DNA of 64,000 bases, from contig OX597823.1 in the NCBI GenBank assembly GCA_951406725.2, positions 89,156,001 to 89,220,000 of the forward strand, in the 5' to 3' direction. The notes below the pieces were generated by a model. The model was not told where the DNA came from and searched no databases. It saw only the letters and a program-made list of their open reading frames with translations. How positions within the stretch are numbered: the stretch's first letter is position 1; each line of letters starts with the position of its first letter. Origin of the DNA: Octopus vulgaris (Eukaryota). Positions 28,358-43,073 of the stretch are shown here, one piece after another. A program made the translations under genes and the position numbers.

Positions 28358-31309
28358 TATACATGCGTATATGGTGCGTGTATGTGTGTGTGTTTCCTAT
28401 GTTGTCATAAATTTAGCTTTTAATCACATTTTCGATAACAAAAGCCCACGCACTAATAAATGGATCTGATAGCATGAATCAAAACGTGGTAGTTCGTTTA
28501 CTATCTTCCGGTGAGATGGCGCTCCCAGCAGACACAGTAATCAGGTATTCAACCGTATGTAACTTCTGTTCAATATATTTCCGATTTTTACTTTTCGTTT
28601 CTATTCTATCCACGAGATCGTTGCATTTAATCATACTTGTCTTTGTATGAGCAACTTAAATAAAAATGATAATCCAAGATAATGTTCCATTACATCAATT
28701 CTTACAAACCATAGACTTTCGGGGCAATATTTTCACATTAACGAAACCGGATGACGTAGGTATGACAATATCACGTCGCAAGAGTAAATAAGATATCAGA
28801 CTGTGATGATAGAGGATTGAACTGCATTCTTACCATTAAAAACGGAAACGCACCGAACTAAATGCCTTCGAGCCATGTTTTCCCAGTTGCGTAGTAATGT
28901 TTCCGAGGTTGGAGCATTACGATTGCTTAAACTAACGATTCAAATGAAGCCACTTTTGATTTAGCTGTTCGAAAAATTGTAACACATTTAGAATTGTTAT
29001 TTTATTTGATGCTGTTCGCTTTAAACGCCTAGGAATTGCTATTGGATAAGAGCCAATGAACTTCATAAAGCGTACAGTCAAGTTCATGGTGGACCTAACA
29101 CGGTAATAATCAACGTCGTACATCGTTTCGTGTTGTTTCTGTTGAGTTCATTTTACACCTTGCGATAATTTCCAAGTAACGTTTCGTCTCTCCCGGACGA
29201 GTAAAATACATATCAGTAATATACTAAATATATCCAGTCGACTAACCACAATACTAACTCCATTAAACGTATGTCTTGTGTGAGTGAACCGTAACTAAGA
29301 AGCAGTAGAGGGAAGATAGAGTTGAAATACGAGATGCGGGATGATTGAAGAAACATGGGAAGTTGAAGAGAAATGGCAATAAATTACCGGGCAGTTATGG
29401 GATAATTTGTACCAATGAAAAATTTGTCTTATTTAATTTTATGTTAAGGGAATTTTTTTTTTGAAAATGTTTTCATTTCATCCTTTAATATAGGTATCAT
29501 AACATACAATTTGATTATAACTATTGCATGTATGCCATATTTCTTGATATTGTCCATGGTGTAAATAGTATGCTTTCAAAATTATTTCATATGATGGGTA
29601 ACACCCTAGTTGAAATATATTCGGTCCAGCACTCTATTTCTGCCACTCACACTCTTTTTACTTCAAGAGGTCGAAAAACCGGTCACATCGAATCGAAAAC
29701 AATATCGGGGTAGTTTATCAAAGACCAGATTTCCGTTTAGTAAAACAAAAAGCGGAATTAAATTCAAGAGAATCGTTTCACAGGAATTCTTGCATGGTAT
29801 ATACAATAACAACCTTGACCTGCAGCCTTACTTATCAATTCGAAATAGATAATCGGTTGTTCACATCAGTTTACATATCTTCTATAATACAATATAAGTC
29901 ATCTTTTAATTCGTTCGTGTTTATACACGTCAGACACCAAGAGAGATTTGGTTCTATGTGAGATTTACTTATATTATATAAGAGACTTTGCATACTTTAT
30001 CCCTTAAAAGAGATGGAAAATTAAGCTGCTTAAAGAAGTGGTAAATATAATCGATTAATACTTTTTATGTTTGTCGTGTTCTTGTTTTGCATCAAGTTGG
30101 TCCTGATCAAATTGATTAATGATCAAGAAGATTCCACTTGTGACCCCCTATCTTTGAAGAGATGTGTTTTGTACGACTGCAGTCTTAACAAAGTCGACCG
30201 TCGGATATGAGAAAACTGTAGTATAAACTACTTGTAGGACGAACAACCGAGTGAGGGCAACCGCATGGGCTATTCGTAACATTGGCGGTAAATTTTCGCT
30301 TCAAATTTTGGACAGCAAGTTGAAGAGAGGGGACTTAGTCGATTACATAGATTTCAGCATTTGACTGTTATATTATTTTATTTTGATCACACTCGGGTGA
30401 AAGGCAAGTTGACTTCAGTGCAGAAGATATAGCCCTAATCATATTGCCAGACGCGCTTAAGGTTCTGGCAGCTCACCACATTACTCTTCGTAATAACGAC
30501 GTTAATATAATCGGTTAAACAAGGCAGCGCTGAAAGATAACGAGATACTTAGCAGTAACTGAGGATTTCCAAAGACTAGTTAACAAAAGCTTTAGATCGC
30601 TGAACGAAATCAATTTCGTCACTCCACCTTCTGTTTTGAAATAATCTCATCTGACCTACTTTACATTTTCAGCCTCCCAGGTTTATAATGAATAGGTACT
30701 GAGGTTATTTCAATCAACTATGCCATCTTTTTCCGATGTGTAATAAAGTCTTTGTGATTGATCTAGAATAATCAATAATACATTTAGAAAGTAGGAACGA
30801 GTAAACATCACACTGATTAACAATTTTCCAAGTAATGTATTTATCCAAACATGTAAGTGAATACTTTTCTGTATTCATTTTCTCCTTTCAGTCATTAGAC
30901 TATGGTCTCCATTAAGACACAGCAGATCCAAGAGTTGTTATATCGACACTTGTACTTCACTAGTATTTATTTTATCGACGAGAAAAGGACGGAAATCAGA
31001 GTCAACCAAGTATACACACACACATACATGCATGCAAACACACACCACCATAGAGACATACAAACATACATACATGCATACATGCATACACACGTAAGAA
31101 CGTACATACAAACACACATTCGTACGCACATATATTCATACACAAATACGCACGAACATATATTCATATATACATGCATGTATGCATATGCTCTCCTTCA
31201 CAACTTTACTACCAATCAGTTGGCCAGTCAAAATTCTAGATTAAGACCAGAAAAAAAATACTTACATATATGCATACATACAGACTAACATGCATACATA
31301 CATAAATAA

Positions 31310-31806
31310 AAATATTTATACAATCATAGTGGTTAACCGCCCTCCACATATGAACATCTCCTCTAAAATCAGCTAGTGGTAATCTGCAAAGCTAGGATTT
31401 TCAAGCAAAGAAAGAGGTACAATCTTACAATCTGTGATCGGAAGAGTAAAGATATGCAAGACATGCTTAAAGTTCGATATTTAACAATTATCATTCGTAT
31501 TATCCAAATTCCATTGATGGGGTTTTCGTTTCGTATACCCGTAATTTTTAATTCATTAGTATTCTTCCTAGGAGTAGGAAGCTGGTTTCTAACAACGAAA
31601 CAAAAACCCCATCATTGGAATTTGGATAATACGATAATATTTAATTGTTAAATATCGAACTTTAAGCATGTCTTTACTCTTCCGATCACAGATTGCACCT
31701 CTTTCTTTGCTTGAAAATCCTAGCTTTTGCAGATTACCACTAGCTGATTTTAGAGGAGATGTTCATATGTGGTGGGCGGTTAACCACTATGATTGTATAA
31801 ATATTT
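31310..31806. repeat. Long near-perfect inverted repeat (arms 31310-31534 and 31595-31806, 60-nt spacer)
   Basis: Arms are reverse complements apart from a few substitutions and two short tandem duplications in the left arm. Flanked by CATA/TATG tracts. Confidence 0.95.
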
Positions 31807-32372
31807 GTTTGTTTGTTTGTTTGTTTGTATGCATGCATGTATGTATGTATGTATGCATGCATGTATGTATGTATGTATGTATGTATGTATGTATGTATGT
31901 ATGTATGTATGTATGTATGTATGTATGTATGCGTGCATGCATGCATGTGATGTGCTTCAGAAAGTTTGCATGTGTATGTCCATCTATCCTCCTCTCTTAT
32001 GCTTTTATGTAACTGTCACTCGTTCTCTCAAACATTTATTATTAAACCTCTTCCTGGTCTTCATTGAAATTTATCTCACATTTAATCCTTCATCATTCCG
32101 TTCTCTCCAGCTTAATCGCTCAATTTACCATTTATCTATCTCTTTATATCTTTTGTATCATAGCAGTTTGTCTTCACAAATTTCCTTTACTACACTTCTG
32201 CCTTTATCTCTCACACTCTCTCGCTTGCCGCCATCTCCTCTACCACCATCTCCTTCAATCCTTTAATTTAGAAACAAGGCCCATGGTTGAAATCTGCAAT
32301 GGTATCCATATTAACAAGCTAAGGATTTTATATAGCAAGGAACTTCTTAAACCTAACCATATTTAACATATT

Positions 32373-32586
32373 GGTTTCAAATTTTGGTATCAGGCCAGCA
32401 ATTTCGGAACGGGTATAATTCGACTATATCAAGCCCAGTGCTTAACTGGGACTTATTTTATCGACCTGGCAAGGATGAAAGGTAAAGTTGACCCCGGCGG
32501 AATTTGAAACCGGAACGTAAAGACGGACGAAATGCTACTAACCTTTTTGTCCGTCGTGCTAACGATTCTCCCACCATGCCGCCTTA
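32373..32586 (-). mobile_element. Meta-domain tRNA SINE
   Basis: Full head, body and tail as in the other copies; a plus-strand copy lies at about 33030-33215. Confidence 0.85.
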
Positions 32587-33216
32587 TATGACGTTAACAT
32601 ATTAACAGTATAAAGCATCGAATTAGTAGAGTTTGCGGAACGTCGAATAGAATATTCAAATTCTACCAACATCAACTTTGCCCATCATCTCTTGGGGGTA
32701 TGTATTGGTGGACCAATAAGAACACGTAACCGGATGCTTTGAGGTATTTGTCCCTACGTATTGTATTAAAATCCCATATATTTACACTATCAACTAGTTT
32801 AATTCCATCACATGGTCATTTTAGCAAATCCACTCTGTTGCAAGCATCGGGGACCAGGCTTTCGATTTGAGGTTAACTTCTTCGTACTAGTTCTGCAGAT
32901 GCTGGAACGAGTCACAGATACTGCCTTCCTTGTTGACTAAAAGACAGAAAATATTTCAGTAACATTGCATATCAGTTGAATGCAGACCAGAGAATTGTTA
33001 TTTCTATTCTATTATTATTGATGTGGTTAGAGCAGCGAGCAAGCGAGCAGGCAGAATTGTTAGCACGCTGGACAAAATGCTTAGCAACATGTCGTCCGTC
33101 TTGAAATTCTACCAAGGCCAACTTGACCTATTATCCTTTCGAGATCGGTAAAAAAAAAGTACCGGTTGAAGACTGGAGTCGATGTAATCAACCACTCCCT
33201 CCACTGAATTTGTGCC

Positions 33217-33500
33217 GCCTTCGAAACACGGAGTAGATGAAACAGGGACAACTGATGAAGGGGAATATTCTTTATGCTGGTTGCATGTCTCGTTTCCCTG
33301 TTTGTTTTTTGGTTGTTCCAAAAAAAAGTTCGTTTCTACGTTTTTGTTTTTATGTTTTCCTTTCTCATTGTTTTCAACGTTCTTTTGATGTCCTGCACCC
33401 ATACATCCGTGTATATATACATATATATGTAGGTATGTACATATATGTATATATGCATATATTCATATATCATTTATATTATATATTTACGTACATATAT
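33217..33500 (+). mobile_element. Non-coding Penelope-like terminal-repeat fragment (family shared with 63197-63470)
   Basis: gggacaactgatgaaggg...gtctcgtttc...tga.gtcctg.ac.cata...atatatgtagg.atgtacat is shared between the two loci. The PLE assignment is inferred from the TA-tract context and the 5' inversion at the 63-kb copy. Confidence 0.55.
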
Positions 33501-33910
33501 GATGGACTCTTCCGTAGAAGATGGCGTATGACTGTTCAGCTTTTGCCGATCGACCTACACAAATGATTTGATTATAGTGATCAAATACTCGTGCCACAAA
33601 GCTATAGCAGAAGACACTTGTCCAAGGTACCATTCAGTGGGACAGAACCCGGAACCATGTGGCTGGTTAGCAAGCTACTTACTACGCAGCCGCTCCTGCA
33701 CCTGCACATTTCACATATATTTTAGTTATACGTATTCGTATACATGTTAATACATATACACAACTCAAACACGCGCACACACTCACACACATTCATATAT
33801 ATTTATGTGAAGGGGAAATATATAAATAGATACAGAGATATATGCATATATATGAATTTGTCTTTTTCGCTCACTCCCCATATCTCTCCCTATACACACA
33901 CACATACATT

Positions 33911-33960
<50 letters not shown>

Positions 33961-34033
33961 TATACTTGTGTGTTTGTACCCGCGTTTAGTGTGTGGGTAT
34001 GTGTGAGAGAGAGAGTCTGTGTGTGTGTGTGTA

Positions 34034-34065
<32 letters not shown>

Positions 34066-34066
34066 T

Positions 34067-34122
<56 letters not shown>

Positions 34123-34555
34123 GTGTTTCATATTTGTTAGGTATGCAACTAGTTGCTTCATTCAGCATGTACAAATTTTTCCGTTGCTTGACATTTGTAA
34201 AAAAATATTTGTGGGTGCCTAGAAAAACAACGATCAGTCCATTTCAAGAAAAAAAAAACATACATACAATGTTTTCAGAAACCAGATGGTGTACAAGATG
34301 GCGGTAAATAGAGACTGACACAAACTCACAAACCCACAGATAAACACGTGCACAATCAAAAGCGCAAACTAGTTTGATAGTGACAGACATGGCTACGTTT
34401 TAAGTATCTACATCTAGGTAGTTGAATATGCTCTATATATATGCACACTCAACACACATATACACGCATATATATGTACATATCTGCGTGTGCATCATAT
34501 ATGTGATACATATATGTGTATGTGTGTGTGTGTGTGTGTTTATGTTAAATATGTG

Positions 34556-34592
<37 letters not shown>

Positions 34593-34675
34593 CATAGATA
34601 AACATAAATGTATATACACTTGTATCATGTACATATATATGTGTGTGTGTGTGTGTGTATTTGTGTGTTTGTGTG

Positions 34676-34721
<46 letters not shown>

Positions 34722-34761
34722 CATAGATAAACATAAATGTATATACACATGTATCATGTAC

Positions 34762-34814
<53 letters not shown>

Positions 34815-37339
34815 GTGAGAGAGAAAGAGAGACCGAGGGAAGAGAGAGAAAAAAAGCAAAGAATACACGTTAGATCAAAGACTGTTATTTATTTTTTTCT
34901 AGTCTAGTCTAGTCCACTGAACCGTTTATATCAAACTACAGAATAAATGGCTAAAGGGTTGTGAATATATTTTTTCTCTGCTCTCACTTTCTTGAAGTTT
35001 CAAGAAAGTTTCGAGATAGGACAGAATATTTCGTATATTTTATGTAAGAGTTCCAATATTGCTCTCAGCATCAACAGAAGATGAAATATGTTTGGCAGAT
35101 AGATGAACATTAGCCATTAATCTGATAAAACCGTATCATTTGTTCAACGAATTTTCACATTGTCCCAGACACTGTTATCGTCGTATACTTCCTCTCTCTC
35201 CGTCACTATTTCTCTCTCTTTCATTGTTACATATCGCCATATCACTTTTCTTCGCAATCTTCCTCTTTTAACGTCTTCTGTATCCTACTCCGTCTATCGC
35301 TCTCACTCCTAGTCAATCTATCTCTCCCTTAATCTATCTATCTATCTCTTCCTCTTTTATTTTTTTCACGCAATAGATGCGGTCAATTTAGGGTGACGCT
35401 TTGGAGGATGTACTTGAAAAAATCTATCCATTTGCTATTTCTTTTTTTTTTCTTAAGAACTTTATCCATCAGCCTTTTTCTCGAACCGTTAAGTTACCTT
35501 TCCCCGAACCTCTATGTTACAGAAACATAAACAAACCAATATCAAACGATAGGAGAGGCAATGACGTGTATGCACGCGCGCGCAAGCACACACACATGCA
35601 TATTTATGTATACGTATATATACCCCCATAATGATGGTGATTGCGATAATCTGTCGTAGACTAAGAATGACGTTTCTGTAATTTCTTCAATTTTTTTAAG
35701 AAATGTTTTGTTTATAGTGATCAAATGTTTGTGCTATACGTTAGATCACGCCTTCCATTAAATCAATGTTGCCTGAGCTGGTACAAGGAGTACCACACAT
35801 CAGGTGAGATGAAGTTATTTGCTCAAGAACTCGACATACTACTCGGTCTAGGAATTGAAACGAGGATCTTGTGATCGTTACAGTACCGTATCCAGTAAAA
35901 CATGCGCATTCAAGACACATTAAACAATCTCTATGAATATAAAGAAACATTTTCCTAAATCAGTTTCGACTGCAAATTATATTTATTTTCACAGAACTTT
36001 GTGGATACAACGAGGAAGTCTATCGAGCTAAAAAAAATAGTACCTCAACCCAGTTTTCTAGAAAGAGAAGCCAAATTTCTTTCACCTTAAAATACAACAA
36101 ACTGGATAATATAGTATTGGGTTCTCGGCAGATAGGAAAGTTTAGAAGGGTCACTGCAAGAGTGTATTTCCTCTTACGTCTGTTCGTCCCTGAAACAACT
36201 GTTCATTAAATTAATTTACGATACTTTAGAATCATACTTCATTGACAAGTTCCTTGATCTGTGATTGCCCATTGAAAATCAAACAATTTTGTGACAATAG
36301 TGATATGATAGCATTTGGGATTTAGGGCTATTGTGGGCCTAGGTCTCATAAGGTCAGGACTTATCCCCATTTCCACAGCGTATGACTGATATTTCAACCC
36401 GACCCGCGAATGGGACGCCTTCCATCGCAGCGCTGACTTCTTAGTTATTGCTGAAACTCATTTACTAGTGAGTGAGAAGGACAGCATGACATGGCGTTTT
36501 TTGCTCCAGAACACAACGCTCTCCACGGTCCAGGAATTGAAACTGCATTCTTACAATCTTGAGTGCAACACGATTGTAACTACTGGGTTATGCGCCTACA
36601 CAACAGAGATCTGATCATCCTTTTGAAATAGCAATATATTTACTTTAGAAATTAAGGCGACGAGCTGGCAGAATTGTTACCGCGCCAGGAAAAATGCTTT
36701 GAGGCATTTGGTCCGTCTTAACGTTCTGACTTCAAATTCTGCCGATGTTGACTTCATTCTTTCATCCATTCAAGGTCCACATACTCACAGCTAACTGATT
36801 AATGAATTCGCCACCATGTTATCCTAGGTTCGATGCCACTACGTAACATCTTTCGCACGTGTATTTACCACAGCCTCGGTTGAACCAAGACTTGGGAGTA
36901 ACATTGAGTAGATAGTAACTATATAAAATCACGTGAGATGGATTGCAAGTTATAGTTTCGACCTCGTCACAGATATACGTCTTGCTGATTCTGTGATGTA
37001 CGTTAAGGAGACATGTGTATAGTGTGTACTCAACCATTTCTCATGCTAATTCAATGAAATGGTTGAACACTTGCTCCAACGACTGGCCGCTCTTACATCG
37101 AAATCAACTAGATATTCTATCATTATACTATAATACACCATGTTGAATTAATCGTCCCATATGAAGACAATGTTGATGCAGCTCAAATTAGTAAATACTA
37201 GTGTTATGAGGTGCTAGTACAAGACTGTATAGATGCTCGTTGAAACAAAGTATATCCTCCTCTAGAAATCGGATATAGGGATTCTATTGGAAACATACTG
37301 AGATGCTGGTTGCTATGAACTGGTATCAAATATCGCCAA

Positions 37340-37720
37340 GAATATGCCATTTCGAAAGAGAATCAGGCGACATTTGAGAAAGCAAACCATTTGGATATAG
37401 CTGCTGAAAAAAAGATGAAATCTGGCTGGAGAGGAGATGGTCCTCAAATGGACTTGAGGCTGAATACTGGTCACTCGAAGAAGTAGATGGGGCCTCAAAT
37501 CCGTACGTTTGGCAGGTGCACTGTAAAGCCATCGAGAAAAAGGTCCCGAAACGGGGTGCATTCTCTCCTGATGACTCACGAAACCTACTGGCATCCGGTA
37601 TGAGAAGTATTCGATTGGCTGCACTTGCACAAGCGGGTTACTAAGGCTCTTTACTAAAACCTCTCCCAGGAAATCAAATCCCATACCCGACAACCCTGGT
37701 TGACTACCGTGAAATGTAAA
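37340..37720 (+). pseudogene. Possible highly decayed APE endonuclease region of an RTE-like LINE
   Basis: Weak collinear motifs across frames: HLDIAA..., YWS, LLMT, KALY*NLSQEIKS (cf. IDIAALSET, FWSG, RLMT, K..FY..L...I). Confidence 0.3.
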
Positions 37721-39439
37721 GAACTTTTTCAATTTATCGTACTTCGATAAGAAAATAAATCCACGACCTTCCGTCAAAATAAACCACTATTGTCTCCCTG
37801 AAAGTTGTTTTTTTATATATTTATTACGGATTGCTTGAAGCTAACCTTCTTCCTACACTTCGATCATTGGATCTCATATATGTGTGTGTGTGTGGGGGGT
37901 ATACACGATAGGCATCTATAAAGTTTCCGTCAATCAAATTCACTCACAAGGTATTGCATTACAGGTGGGTCTGGGTCTATAGTAGACAACATTTCCCAAG
38001 TTCCTGTGCAGAAGGACTGAACCAAACCACGCGACTGCAAAGCGAGCTTGTTAACCACACAGCAATGCCTCCGCATAAATTTCTGTCCTTAAGTTAGCCA
38101 GATTTCAGCGTCAACATGGATGCATGATTCATTACTGTGCAGTGGTATGATTCTTAATCTTCCTACGTATATTACTAATGATAGTATGGATAAATAAATG
38201 AAATAATAATAATAATAGTAATAATAATAATCTATAAGCTAATAATAAAACGAATCTTCAGTGTTGACTCAACAATTGAAAAAGTTATGGACTTTACCAG
38301 AAATAGATTATCCTAAAATTGTTATACTCCGTATTAAAACCATTAAATTTTCTTGTTATATTTAAAATAAATCTGTCTGGAATAACGTAATAATTTATAA
38401 TGTGAGGTCATTTCACATTGCTTAAGAAAATAATACATACACACATCCATAACAGCTGCATTGAAAATGCTTTTAACGTTTGGCCAGTTATCAACATGAG
38501 ATGAATAATCTAACGGATTTTTACATTCTTCTTGATCTTCCAAGCAATAACAGTGTTTGTATGCGTGTGTCCGGATGTGTAAGCGTCTGCGTGTCTGTCC
38601 GTATATGTGTATGTGCGTGTTTAATCTGTGTAAGGTTTAATTGAATAATTATCTTTACAACAAACTGAATTTGACATTCCACTTCTAAAATTGCACATTA
38701 TACTTAAAGGAGCTTCTCAAATTTTAAGTAGATTTCTCTGTGTCATTACTGCTCACCTTTAAATTCCTTCCATTTTTTAATTAATTTTATTGATTTATTC
38801 ACATACTAAGTGCACTCTAGCATGGTTGTGATAGAATTAGTTGTGACCTCGTTTATCTTGGTTCAAGCACGTAAAAGATCTTCAACTCTGAACCACAAGC
38901 TAACAAAAATACAGCACTTCTTAAGGTAGTGCTATGGCATAAACTGCAGAGCAACATATCAAGTTCTTGAAATTATTTAATTTCATCTCTCTCGGTTCTG
39001 AGACCGACAATACAAGCACCTGTAATATGCTGTGTCAATTCAGTGAATTATATCTTATCGCAGACAGCTGATGTTCTGTCCTGACAATTTGGTCCTGTCA
39101 AATTATGTAGTAACTATTTTTTTTCAAAACAGGCTGAGGTATTGTTGTTGTTATTGTTCTTACTGCTTTTAATGTTGTTTTTGTGATGATGCTATCTAAC
39201 TCCAGGTTAATGCTGATTAAGTAACTTTCTAATAAAATCATTGTATCCATGACATCCGCTTTTGTTTTGCAATTATATTTACAAACAGATTTATCCAACG
39301 ATATCTTTCCCTTCTTTAAACAGCAATATATCATTTGAGGGAGATTTTGATTATTGTTTTAAGCAAACAAGTGACCATATTAAAGCTTCCTCGTTGCTTT
39401 GAAATAAACTACGCATTTGATGCTTACATGGTTCGAGCA

Positions 39440-40520
39440 ACTAGAATGACCCAAGAAGATCTAAAAAAAAAATTGAACTCAATTCCGTCTTGAAATAGAC
39501 TGAAGTCTAACATGACTGTGCCCTTTTACAGTTAATACACCAATCTGATTATTATATATTTTCAACTAACAGACCGATCTAGAAAGACTGAGCCCTTTTA
39601 TAACCAAATTTCGGCCTAAATATGCTGTCTATGTTTTGATTAATTTTGAAAATTAAGAACAATTTAGTAAAATAATTTTGTCATTAGTAATCTAGTGATT
39701 GAAACACAAATTGACATGAAATTTTGATGAAAGGTTTTAATTTAACCATTTTTGGAGAAAGATTGTATCATAGAACCGTGAACGGTTAGATGGAGCTTTT
39801 TATTATAAGGGTTAAACTCTCAATAAAATTCTTTCTTGAAATATATTAAACTGCAGCACGGTTGTACTCATTTGTAGCTAATATAGACATCTGATGGTTA
39901 TATATTTTCAGCCTCCTGACCAATATAAGAAGTCTTGACACAATCCGACGTTGAAATAAACAGAAGTGGAACAATTGCACTCATTTACAGCTATATATAT
40001 AGACAATTAAAGTATAATCATCAAAATATATCTTCACAGTAATTACGAATTCAATTAATAACAGATAGTTAAAATCTAGCAGATTATTACATTGCAGTAA
40101 ATCTAGAGGGAACTGATCCGTTACGCGTTTAAGGATTTAATGATGTTTATGCTAATGAAACAGCTGTTGAGCAGAATTGAAGGATGAATTATATGTGAAA
40201 ATTATGTTCTGCTTGTATTCTAAATATGCTTTTTTTTTGTGATGGATAAATATTTCAGCTGCCAGACTGATCCTGAAAGAGACTGAAATGTTACACGGCT
40301 GAAATGTTCCATGGATGAAATGTTCGTTTTTACAACGTGTACATAAATCTAGTGGTTATATATTTTCAGCTAACAGACTCACATGGGAAGACCTAAACCT
40401 TGAACACAATTCATTTTTAAAACAGACTGAAGTGGCATACAACTGTACTCATCTAAATCTGATGGTTTTATATTTTTCAAGATAAAAACTGATCTAGATA
40501 GACTTAATCATTTTCATCTT
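39440..40520. repeat. Diverged ~110-130-bp minisatellite array (about 5 units)
   Basis: Recurrent atctgatggttatatattttcagctaacagactgatct-like motif at about 39543, 39889, 40241, 40348 and 40457, with associated ttgaa...gactgaagt...actcat segments. Confidence 0.7.
39593..39815. mobile_element. piggyBac-like MITE inserted in the minisatellite
   Basis: Ends ccctt(tt)ataa ... ttataaggg-ttaa, with TTAA visible on the right side only. Interrupts one array unit. Confidence 0.55.
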
Positions 40521-42176
40521 GATCACATTTCTGGTTCCGATGATATGAACTACATACGCGTTGTCTGATAATTCGACGTTAGTATTGACTTAAACACCAC
40601 AGTGTACTGGCATTTTCTATTGAATATTGTTTCCCTCCAGGTGTCAGCGAAAACTGTTATATATTGTTGTTGTTGCTATTATTACTACAATGACTATATT
40701 ATACTGTGCAATAACGTAGAGATAGAAGACACTGTTTTAACATTCATGGCAGTTTCCGTGTGCTGTGTATGGACGTTGAACTTTAAGAAAGCGTCTATTG
40801 ATTTTTTTTTATTCTCAGAATGAGTATTGTGAACGATGATACAGCTTTTGAATTAACCTTCGGTATTTTTTGTGGTTAATGTGTGAAGTCACGTCATGCT
40901 TTCCCGAATAATGGAATCACTAAAACTGATTTCCCAACATTCGTTTTTTGATTTAATTCTGTCTTCTCTTTTTCTCCTCTCATAAGTTACAATTGAGATT
41001 ATTTTTTACATGTTCTATATACTGTCCATTTTTCATATTATGGTTAAATTTCAGAAATCCTTTTTCACAGAAAATGTTTGCTTAACCCAGCTTGAATACG
41101 AAATACATAAAATATGTATAAAAATACAAGTCTCATTGGTCTTTTCAGTACCTCTTAAAGATTTAATGATGGAATAGTTATACAGATGTCACAATTCACT
41201 AGTGCATCAAGAAGAATCACTTGAAAATTTAATCTCATGGTAGTATAAATTATACTGAAAACATAATTAACCGTCTCAGATACGAGACTAAATTTCCAAC
41301 TAATGAAACGTCATTACATCAGTAAGATTTGCCAATACAGATGTATATAGATATAGATTTGCCTATATAGATATCCAATTGCTATTTATAGATTTTACGT
41401 TGTTTGAGAATTAGGATATGTTTTTATGCTATGCATACAGTTTCGATTTTTTACGTATTGAAAACAATTATCCTGCATCTATCTCACATAACGTATTATA
41501 TATTATATTATACTTCAGTGATATCCGTCACATGACAGATAGCCTTAAAAATACACTCTTGCCACCATGGGTGATATCAAGAAATATAGCACACATACAA
41601 TAATTATAATTGAACTTTATCAAATCTTTTGTTGTTTATTAAAAATGATATAATGAATACTAACTTTAAAAGAAAAATATTTCTAACCTTAAAATGAATT
41701 TAATAAAACAATTTTCGCATTTACATATTTGCAATAAATATGTATTATACTTTTTATAAATTTTGTCTACATAATTCCAATTTACTCCAACGAAAAACTT
41801 ATCTCTACAAAATTTAATTTTAAAATGTTTATTTTTCAATAAGTTATAACACACTCATTCTGCATCTTTAATAATTACTCTCTCCATATCGCTCTTTTAT
41901 TGTCATTTTCCTACTCTCTAAAAGATATTAAGTGTGACAGAAGACGTCAACCAACTCATATATCGGCTATTATTAAATAGAGATTGTATTATATTATATT
42001 ATATTAGTGATTTTATTGTTTCATTTCTGCTCAGAATTTTTTTTCTTCTTTTGAGTGTATTTGCTTGCTATTTTCTAGCAAGTTAAACGAATATACCAAG
42101 TGTTCCTGATTACAGTCGATTAGTATAAACAGTCCTATTCTGAACAAATATTAACAAAAATAATTGTTTTATCCTC

Positions 42177-42255
<79 letters not shown>

Positions 42256-42766
42256 TGTATGTATGTATGTATGTATGTGTATGTATGTATGTATGTATAT
42301 GTATGTATGCATGTATGTATGTATGTATGTATGTATGTATGTATAAGCCAGAATTTAAATATTTCAGAGGAACGACTTTGCTTTCCATTCCTCCAGAGCC
42401 AATGAAAATAACTGCAGGCAATATATTGGAATTTAGCCATCGCTCGTAACGAGAATTTTATACTGCGCGGGAAATAGTCCTTGTATCAAAAGGAATCAAT
42501 AGTACAAAATAGCCTTTGTCTCAAAATCAATATTGATTTAGTTTTGTTGTTTCTAATACACTGCTTCAATCACGAATAATAATTGGAACGAAATGTACGT
42601 CAAAATGATACTTTACAACTTAGAATGTTTTTTTTTTACAATCTGTTTTTGAGGTAGAAAGGAATTATGAGAAAAATAACACAAAACGAACTGAGATCAA
42701 TTTCCACAAATTAAAAAAATTCAGTGTTTCATGGCAACAGAAAAGTGATGTGGGATAACTAAGCAC

Positions 42767-42847
<81 letters not shown>

Positions 42848-43012
42848 TTATATACATATATATATATGTATATGTACATATATATACAAATACATGTATA
42901 CATATACACATATATTTATACATATATACATATATATACATATATGCATATATATACATATACATATATATACATATATATATATATACATATATATACA
43001 TATATATATGTA

Positions 43013-43073
<61 letters not shown>

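Noticed and set aside
30868-31010. Strong-looking splice acceptor followed by an ORF start
   Set aside because: tttcagtcattagact is the reverse complement of the SINE 3' tail, and the ORF runs into a microsatellite.
37563-37605. CTGATGA ctcac GAAA cc...gg TA hammerhead-like string
   Set aside because: No stem II (5 nt, unpaired) and stem I is out of register; it sits in a probable LINE relic.
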